Of a DNA stretch of 64,000 nt, positions 58,585 to 64,000 are shown piece after piece (within the stretch, counting starts at the first letter, position 1; every line of letters begins with the position of its first letter). The stretch lies in the IMG/VR virus record IMGVR_UViG_3300025141_012107; one strand, 5' to 3'. Position numbers and translations under genes: made by a program. Source of the stretch: an uncultured virus (IMG/VR IMGVR_UViG_3300025141_012107). Taxonomy: Duplodnaviria; Heunggongvirae; Uroviricota; Caudoviricetes. The notes under the pieces are model-generated. The model made no database searches, was not told the origin of the DNA, and saw only the letters and a list, made by a program, of their open reading frames with translations.

Positions 58585-58613
58585 ATGTTACCAGAAACCA
58601 AAATCCTTGTCAA
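58585..58613 (-). promoter_or_regulatory. sigma70-type promoter
   Basis: TTGACA-N17-TAACAT. Confidence 0.6.
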
Positions 58614-58616
58614 GTC

Positions 58617-59264
58617 CTACTTGTAACTCCGAACCGCAAAGTCCTTTAGAGTTACGGACCAACTCTTCCAACGAGGGTTGTCCGAAAGAACGTAGTCCAA
58701 AACTTCCTCAGCCACAACCGTAACGACTAGCATTACGATATTTCGGGCCAAAGGATAGTCACAGACATCTCCATCTTCCGAATTTGCCGGAACTTGGTAA
58801 ACGCTGTCCCAAACGACTTCTCCATAGTCCTCGAACAAACCGGAATGCAAGCAATCGATCTTGTTCTTAGAACAATAGTCGTGGAGAACCTGCCGGGCCT
58901 CGCTGTTGTCGAACGCATCGATAACAAGCTTAGCACCCTTGAGTAACTTCTTGACGTTTTTTTCTTCAAGCTTCTTGTTTACAACGTCGATTTCCACGCC
59001 AACATCCCTCCAGATACGATTTTGCAAAGCCGTAACCTTCAAAGCTCCAACGTCGTTGTCGCCATAGACTTGAGTGTTGACGTTATGTTCGTCAACTCGG
59101 TCCATGTCGATGACGCAGATATCGCTTACGCCCTGACGGATCAGGGTCTCTACCAAGTTGCTACCCAAAGCACCCGCACCGCAAACAACGATACGAACGC
59201 CCTTGAGACGATCAATCAGACCTTCTCCACGGTAGGCGATTTCATGTGTGAATTTCTTGGCCAT
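58617..59264 (-). CDS. E1/ThiF-family ubiquitin-like-activating adenylyltransferase
   Basis: VCGAGALGS, IDMDRVDEHNVNTQ, K, LVIDAFDN..AR; candidate catalytic Cys in DVCDYPL. Confidence 0.92.
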   Translation of the reverse strand: MAKKFTHEIAYRGEGLIDRLKGVRIVVCGAGALGSNLVETLIRQGVSDICVIDMDRVDEHNVNTQVYGDNDVGALKVTALQNRIWRDVGVEIDVVNKKLEEKNVKKLLKGAKLVIDAFDNSEARQVLHDYCSKNKIDCLHSGLFEDYGEVVWDSVYQVPANSEDGDVCDYPLARNIVMLVVTVVAEEVLDYVLSDNPRWKSWSVTLKDFAVRSYK

Positions 59265-59671
59265 TTTTTCGCTTTCTTCATAATGGGTCTAACAACTGTC
59301 GGCATAACCCCCACAATTCTTTTCTTGATCATTCGAATATGTCCCTCAACGAAAGGTTGTTCGTCGTCAAAGAACCAGAAGCATCTTAGCCCATCTGCTC
59401 CCTTAATGCAACATACAAACGGTCTTCCTTCGGCAACTATCCAAGCATTCATAGTTAAGATGTCGGTTGTGCTGGGACTTGCAATCATTGAAGGATGGGT
59501 ATGAATCCAACCAATCACTCGATCAGGATCTCTCCTGACAAGTTCATGGTTGAATCCAACCCTAGCTGGGATGCCCAATTCATAAGAGATAGCGCTCGTA
59601 ACCCAAACGGGTCCGTACAGATCTCCTACCAAGATGTAGGACTCTTCGTCGCCAGTATTCATATTGAACAT
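59216..59671 (-). CDS. JAB/MPN+ metallopeptidase
   Basis: EE..., GWIHTHPS..SPSTTD JAMM motif; TGATG-coupled start. Confidence 0.85.
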   Translation of the reverse strand: MFNMNTGDEESYILVGDLYGPVWVTSAISYELGIPARVGFNHELVRRDPDRVIGWIHTHPSMIASPSTTDILTMNAWIVAEGRPFVCCIKGADGLRCFWFFDDEQPFVEGHIRMIKKRIVGVMPTVVRPIMKKAKKWPRNSHMKSPTVEKV

Positions 59672-60606
59672 CAATCGCTCCAATCTCCAGTGTAATCGTC
59701 GGTTCCTCTATCGTCTACGTCAAGATAGTTCCCGCCAACTCGGTAAATCTGGTTGCCCGTAATACCCTCTCGGATAACGCCAACCAAACTCTGCAAGTCG
59801 AAGTTCCTATCTCCACCAGACAAACAGATGCCCGCCGATTGAACAGCAAGCGTTTTCTTATCAACAGTCGAACGATGAGTTTCACCATCGACAACATACT
59901 CGACAGTATACGACTCGCCTCGCTCAACGAAACTCCTGAATCCGCCACCAGCACGATTGATTGCCGACTTTACTCGACCTTCTGCCGTAAGAGCTTCCGC
60001 CTCGACAGCAAGCCTCTTGGCTTCCTTTTCGGCCTCAACAACATCGACCAAAGCAAGGTCGTAAGCACGTCTCTGTTCCTTTGACATACTTGAAAAATCA
60101 ACGTCCTTCGGGGCAACGTTTTCTGACAAGGCATTTCTCAATACAGTTGCATGCTTGATGCTATGAGCGTCGTCGATCCTTTCGAACCAACAGTTGATGC
60201 CATCGAATCTAACACGCACTGCATCGAACAACTGCAATTCTTCCGGCAAAAGAATAGGAACAAATCCTTGAATCTTGAACCGGGAATCACCTTCGTTTGC
60301 AGGGATACCCCAGAAACGGTTGTCCTGTCGCCTGGTTGCGATCAACCTTAGAACAGGGAACAGGTTGAAGTACGTTCGCCTCTCGATCATCGTAGGCTCA
60401 CGTACAAACTCTGCGAGCTTGTAGGAAGCGGGACGGAATACGCCCCAACCCTCAAAACCTCTCGGCTTTGAAACCCGCAATGACATAACGATGTCAGCAA
60501 TCTTAACCCTGATCGCCTTATTGCGCAGAACAGGGCTGAAGAATTCCGACTTGAGGAAAACATCTTCTTCCGCTGCCAACTTTTTCAAAAGCTCATTGAC
60601 CTTCAT
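59671..60606 (-). CDS. Conserved hypothetical protein of the TROVE-Ubl operon
   Basis: 311 aa, GGAG RBS; C-terminal SAGICLSGGDRNFDLQSLVGV motif. Confidence 0.8.
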   Translation of the reverse strand: MKVNELLKKLAAEEDVFLKSEFFSPVLRNKAIRVKIADIVMSLRVSKPRGFEGWGVFRPASYKLAEFVREPTMIERRTYFNLFPVLRLIATRRQDNRFWGIPANEGDSRFKIQGFVPILLPEELQLFDAVRVRFDGINCWFERIDDAHSIKHATVLRNALSENVAPKDVDFSSMSKEQRRAYDLALVDVVEAEKEAKRLAVEAEALTAEGRVKSAINRAGGGFRSFVERGESYTVEYVVDGETHRSTVDKKTLAVQSAGICLSGGDRNFDLQSLVGVIREGITGNQIYRVGGNYLDVDDRGTDDYTGDWSD

Positions 60607-60621
60607 GGCCTTACTCCAATT

Positions 60622-60652
60622 AAAACAGGGTAGCAGAAGCTACCCTGTTTTT
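60622..60652. terminator. Intra-operon terminator/attenuator hairpin
   Basis: AAAACAGGGTAGC-AGAA-GCTACCCTGTTTT 13-bp perfect stem. Confidence 0.8.
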
Positions 60653-60678
60653 CAAGTCAAAATGTAGCTCCTTCCGGA

Positions 60679-62223
60679 TTACGCAACTTTCCTTTGAGGG
60701 AGAGTATACGACATAATTTCCATCAACAGATCGATCTTCGACGGCTTCGTCAAAAGCGGGATCAACCCCGGCAACGAGTAATAGTCGCCGTTGAAGATAT
60801 ACGCATCGTAGTCGATGTCGTTATTGCGACATCGCTGTTCCAGCGTATCCCGATGCGTCCCGCACTTAACGAACAGAACGTTCGGACGAGTGTCCATATC
60901 CTTCATGTAGTTCAATATGCTGGACAAGAACGACGGAGATCGGTTCTCACCTTCGTCCGTAATCATGATGATGTTCTCGACGTACTGCTTGTTACGTCGA
61001 AGCATCTCAATTCCGACGCCGCAGGAAGTACATCCGGTAGCAAAGATGCCATTCAGAGCCTTTTCCCACGATGCCAAATCCGTTCCGCTCGAAACAATCG
61101 GATACGCCATTTCGTCACAAGCATAGACGAACAAATCAGCGTCCATGATTGCCGAAGTCATAGCAGCAATCTGCTTACCAACTTCAATGGCGATGTTCAT
61201 CGAACCGGACTTATCGATGATGATTGCCGTAGGACGCTTGATACGTCCCTTCGACTTCAACTGAGCATCACCGATGTCCTCAAGCTGCTTGGCAACGTCT
61301 TCGTCAATATCAGTAGTCTTCTTGACCTGGGACGCTTTCATAGCCGCAACACGCTTGCCCGTCTTTGCCTTGTCAAGACGTTCCTGAATGAACGCCTTGA
61401 GGTCCGGGTTGTCGAATGCACCACGACGCTTCAACGAACCGATGTTGTTGATCAACTCTTGGTCACTCATGACCTGAACCAAAGCCAAAAGAACGGTCGG
61501 ACTCATTGCCGAGATTACCGTCGATGCGATTCGGTACGGAACCTTGTTGGCGATGATGATCTCAGCCTGCTTTGCAGCCGACTCAGTCTTACGCAGTTCC
61601 TTAACCGCCTTCAACTTGCTGTCATCAGGCGGATCTTCATCGAAGAGAATCTTTTGCGCTCGATCCGAAGGCTCAATGTGGAGAAGAGAGTAAACCCTCT
61701 TCAACGACTTTCGAGCCTGCAAAACGCAAGCGTCGAACCAAACCGGATCGTCTTCACGATCAGTCAGGTATCGCTTAACTTCCGTTGCAACAGATCGAGG
61801 AATATTCTTGCCCAGACCAGAATCCGTCAAAGCCGTTCGATGAGTCGTCTTCTGGTTGCGGCCAGTTCCAGTCGTAACCGGAGTACTGACCTTTTTCTTG
61901 CGACCGTGAATGAAGTCGATAACTCTCTCCACCTGATAAGGCGGCAGTTCACGGAGCATGGCCAGTCCAACGTCTCGGTGTCCTTCGAAGTTGCTCAGAC
62001 ACAGGTTGACGATGAACAGTTCCTTATGGTCACGGATCTCGCCATTGTCAGCATACCATGCGCCCAAACGAACGTAGAACAACGGATCTTGAGCAATCAT
62101 CTGTTCATGAACAGGATGACTTGCGCTCAGATTTCTGTGGGGAGTCATCAACAGCGTATTCAGCATCCCCAAACGAAGATCCTGTTCACTGGACGTATCA
62201 ACTTGTGCAGTTCGTACAGCCAT
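60679..62223 (-). CDS. Ro60/TROVE-like helical protein with C-terminal vWA domain
   Basis: ~330-aa helical N-terminus (DPLFYVRLGAWY..IRD, ..MSDQELINNIGSL..G) then IIIDKSGSM MIDAS, GCTS, MITDEGEN; size and Y-like RNAs upstream support the call. Confidence 0.72.
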   Translation of the reverse strand: MAVRTAQVDTSSEQDLRLGMLNTLLMTPHRNLSASHPVHEQMIAQDPLFYVRLGAWYADNGEIRDHKELFIVNLCLSNFEGHRDVGLAMLRELPPYQVERVIDFIHGRKKKVSTPVTTGTGRNQKTTHRTALTDSGLGKNIPRSVATEVKRYLTDREDDPVWFDACVLQARKSLKRVYSLLHIEPSDRAQKILFDEDPPDDSKLKAVKELRKTESAAKQAEIIIANKVPYRIASTVISAMSPTVLLALVQVMSDQELINNIGSLKRRGAFDNPDLKAFIQERLDKAKTGKRVAAMKASQVKKTTDIDEDVAKQLEDIGDAQLKSKGRIKRPTAIIIDKSGSMNIAIEVGKQIAAMTSAIMDADLFVYACDEMAYPIVSSGTDLASWEKALNGIFATGCTSCGVGIEMLRRNKQYVENIIMITDEGENRSPSFLSSILNYMKDMDTRPNVLFVKCGTHRDTLEQRCRNNDIDYDAYIFNGDYYSLPGLIPLLTKPSKIDLLMEIMSYTLPQRKVA

Positions 62224-62273
62224 GGTCTTTCTCCTTAGAAAGAGTTTTACAAATTATCGATTCGGATTCGGAA

Positions 62274-62483
62274 TTAACCGAATACAGCCTGCGGACGAAG
62301 AGTCATGTCACCGGTTTCTGCGTTGCGGTCAACAACGAAACCATTCATCTTGGTGAGAGGAGCACTGAAGTGATTAGCTACAGCCTGCTTGACGTCTTGG
62401 TCGGTAGAGAGATCGCCCACATCGATATCCTCGAAGAGAAGATCGAACGATTCTCCATTGTATCTGACGTGAAGTACTGACAT
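62274..62483 (-). CDS. Ubiquitin-like (beta-grasp) small protein ending in Gly
   Basis: 69 aa, strand-strand-helix-strand pattern, C-terminus LRPQAVFG, strong AAGGAG RBS, operon with E1 and JAB. Confidence 0.72.
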   Translation of the reverse strand: MSVLHVRYNGESFDLLFEDIDVGDLSTDQDVKQAVANHFSAPLTKMNGFVVDRNAETGDMTLRPQAVFG

Positions 62484-62528
62484 TTTTCATCTCCTTTCGT
62501 CTGCAAGCCTCAAGAGAGGCATAAAAAA

Positions 62529-62660
62529 AGCCTTGTCTAAGTTTCAGGACGGTTTCTTGGGTAACGTGCAAGATTTGAACTTGCGACCTTCACTTCCTAA
62601 TAGTGACGCTCAACCTACTGAGCTAACGTTTGTAACGTCCAAATTGTTGGAGACAAGGCT
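62529..62660 (-). ncRNA. Y-RNA-like RNA A: module replaces/extends the acceptor stem of a D-AC-T tRNA domain
   Basis: AGCCTTGTCTCCAA...AACTTAGACAAGGCT terminal stem, GGACG/CGTCC helix, TACAAAC, then D arm, TCACT/AGTGA arm, GCAAG-TTCAAAT-CTTGC; ends in T7. Confidence 0.8.
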
Positions 62661-62663
62661 AAG

Positions 62664-62798
62664 TGGGAGAGGTAGGAGTCGAACCTACGAGTCTTGCGTT
62701 TTCAGGGCAATGCTTTACCAAAAGTTTGTAAGCTACATCCCATTGGAGACGGACAAGCCGTCTAAGTCAGAATAGCTATAGCACTAAGCTACTCTCCC
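62664..62798 (-). ncRNA. RNA B: tRNA-Phe(GAA)-like with permuted Y module inserted in D-loop
   Basis: GGGAGAG/CTCTCCC-A acceptor, CTGAAAA loop, GTAGG-TTCGACT-CCTAC; ~62-nt D-loop insert with ACTTAGACGG-CTTGT-CCGTCTCCAA...TACAAAC. Confidence 0.82.
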
Positions 62799-62824
62799 AT
62801 AATTATTCAGTTTTCAAAAAGCGA

Positions 62825-62893
62825 ACGTCCAAGTTCAGGCAGCGGTCAAAGCATTCCGAAGATTGGTTTGTATGCTGTCCTTGTTGGGGACGT
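62825..62893 (-). ncRNA. RNA C: minimal Y-like module without tRNA domain
   Basis: ACGTCCCCAA...CAGC-A-TACAAAC...GCTG...AACTTGGACGT. Confidence 0.72.
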
Positions 62894-62908
62894 CAACTTA
62901 ATTTCAAG

Positions 62909-63050
62909 TGGGGGAGACAGGACTCGAACCTGTAGTCTTTCGCTTATGAGGCAAACGCTTTTCCATTTGTTTGTAAGCTACGACCTATTGGAGACGAACA
63001 AGCCGTCTAAGTTGGAATAGCTGTTTAACGTAGTTTTTAGCTACTCCCCC
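62909..63050 (-). ncRNA. RNA D: tRNA(CAT)-like with permuted Y module inserted in D-loop
   Basis: GGGGGAG/CTCCCCC-A acceptor, TTTGC-CTCATAA-GCGAA, ACAGG-TTCGAGT-CCTGT; ~69-nt insert with AACTTAGACGG-CTTGT-TCGTCTCCAA...TACAAAC. Confidence 0.82.
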
Positions 63051-63055
63051 ATGGA

Positions 63056-63100
63056 GGTCCCGGTCGCCAAGTTTCCGAAGAAGCTTGACGAGTCAGGACC
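63056..63100 (-). other. Long TTCG-capped hairpin between RNAs D and E
   Basis: GGTCC..TCGTCAAG.TTC-TTCG-GAA.CTTGGCGA..GGACC; AACTTGG echoes the Y-module 3' strand. Confidence 0.45.
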
Positions 63101-63131
63101 ATATAGTTTTCAAAGAACTCTTTGAAAAGTC

Positions 63132-63298
63132 AAGAAGAAACAGGCGTCCAAGTTCGAGCAGCGGTATGACATTAGTCACAGATCTTAAATCTGTTGCCTT
63201 ATCCACTTGGCTATACGTTCATGTTGGTGAACATAGTGGGATTCGAACCCACGTTGTTGTTTGTACGCTACGCCAGTAGGGGACGCCGGTTTCTTCTT
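63132..63298 (-). ncRNA. RNA E: Y-like RNA containing circularly permuted tRNA-Leu(TAA)
   Basis: GGCGTCCCCTA...AACTTGGACGCC stem extended by AAGAAGAAAC/GTTTCTTCTT; interior order T arm, acceptor 3' strand + ACCA, acceptor 5' strand, D arm, ACAGA-TTTAAGA-TCTGT. Confidence 0.82.
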
Positions 63299-63374
63299 CA
63301 CTTGTCAAAGTCGAGCCTTACGACTCTGCCCTATCTTATCAGCTTCCCAGCCACTTTCAAGGGCAATATTCAAC

Positions 63375-63402
63375 TTATCGGCTTTTTCTTGAAATTCCTT
63401 TA
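63375..63402 (-). promoter_or_regulatory. sigma28/FliA-type promoter for the Y-RNA/TROVE/Ubl locus
   Basis: TAAA-N16-GCCGATAA; known sigma28 consensus is TAAA-N15-GCCGATAA. Confidence 0.7.
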
Positions 63403-63418
63403 ATGAATTCCGCAAAGC

Positions 63419-63727
63419 TCAGTTTTTCTTACCTCTCGCAGCTTCAGAGGGCATCTTACCATATCTTTTATGGCTGTCAACCCCTAAATCATCGTCGTCA
63501 AAATCATCTCCGTCATCCCAAACTTCTCCGTTCTCATCTTTGTAACGCTCGTCTTTCATCCAAGTTATCACAACAGGATCTTCGCCTCGATAAAACTTTT
63601 CCTGATGCTGCCCGTCATGATCCTGGGGGAGAGGACATCGGACGGTAGCAACCCCATCGCCAAAGTCGTCTCCGATATAAAGGTGAGCATTACATTCGCC
63701 TTCAACATCTTCTGGTTTTCCAAACAT
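63419..63727 (-). CDS. Hypothetical acidic protein
   Basis: 102 aa, AGGAG RBS. Confidence 0.75.
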   Translation of the reverse strand: MFGKPEDVEGECNAHLYIGDDFGDGVATVRCPLPQDHDGQHQEKFYRGEDPVVITWMKDERYKDENGEVWDDGDDFDDDDLGVDSHKRYGKMPSEAARGKKN

Positions 63728-63746
63728 TCGTTTCTCCTAAGTTAAG

Positions 63747-63828
63747 TGCGGAAGGAGGGACTTGAACCCTCAAGCCTTACGGCACTGGATTTTAAATCCA
63801 GCGTGTTTGCCAATTTCACCACTCCCGC
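63747..63828 (-). tRNA. tRNA-Leu(TAA)
   Basis: Cloverleaf; CTGGA-TTTAAAA-TCCAG; variable arm; A73; no encoded CCA. Confidence 0.93.
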
Positions 63829-64000
63829 TCTATTCATTCCAATCGCTGTCGATCATATCGTAAGGATCGAAACCCATTCTTTTCAACTTGTTCCAAAAGC
63901 GAATGTTATCTCGTTCTCTTTGTTCCTGTTTCTCCTCTTCCTTTCTAGCCCATTCTTCTCGATGCAATTTAATCTCTTCCAGCCTTGCCCTGCGACATTG

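Noticed and set aside
60694..62238. 514-aa + strand ORF exactly antisense to the TROVE-like gene
   Set aside because: Shadow ORF produced by codon bias of the sense gene; no RBS, no motifs, atypical composition.
62523..63298. CRISPR array or group I/II intron explanation for the repeated motifs
   Set aside because: The repeats are short, bipartite, permuted and irregularly spaced, there are no cas genes, and the inserts are far too short for self-splicing introns.
1..64000. Genome-wide stop-codon reassignment (code 15 or 4)
   Set aside because: Long conserved genes are intact in code 11, several end in TAG or TGA at sensible positions, and no suppressor tRNA is seen; only 7314-7739 has internal stops.

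Overview
This is a 64-kb segment of a large (jumbo-type) tailed bacteriophage genome, mostly coded on the minus strand. It contains a head-morphogenesis block: terminase large subunit, a portal fused to a DUF559/Vsr-like nuclease, a 2306-aa intein-containing prohead protease/scaffold, a decoration protein and an HK97/encapsulin-like major capsid protein. Many small proteins share N-terminal tags (MNW[YF]K.., M[RK]xI[RK]TxG[YW]). Metabolic genes include an intein-split class II RNR, dUTPase, pncB-nadE, a macrodomain and panD. There is also a FliA/WhiG-type sigma factor with a matching recurrent promoter motif, two free-standing homing endonucleases and a cluster of five tRNA-Ser genes. The most striking locus is at 58.6-63.4 kb. 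A sigma28-type promoter precedes an array of five non-coding RNAs that share one Y-RNA-like bulged-helix module. The module is grafted onto tRNA scaffolds at three different positions (acceptor stem, D-loop, variable arm) or stands alone. The array is followed by a ubiquitin-like protein, a Ro60/TROVE-like vWA protein, an unknown Cys-containing protein, a JAB peptidase and an E1/ThiF enzyme. A probable -1 frameshift (A10 run at 25221-25230) and a Gln-rich gene with two in-frame stops were also found. All family assignments come from motif recognition by eye; no searches were run.
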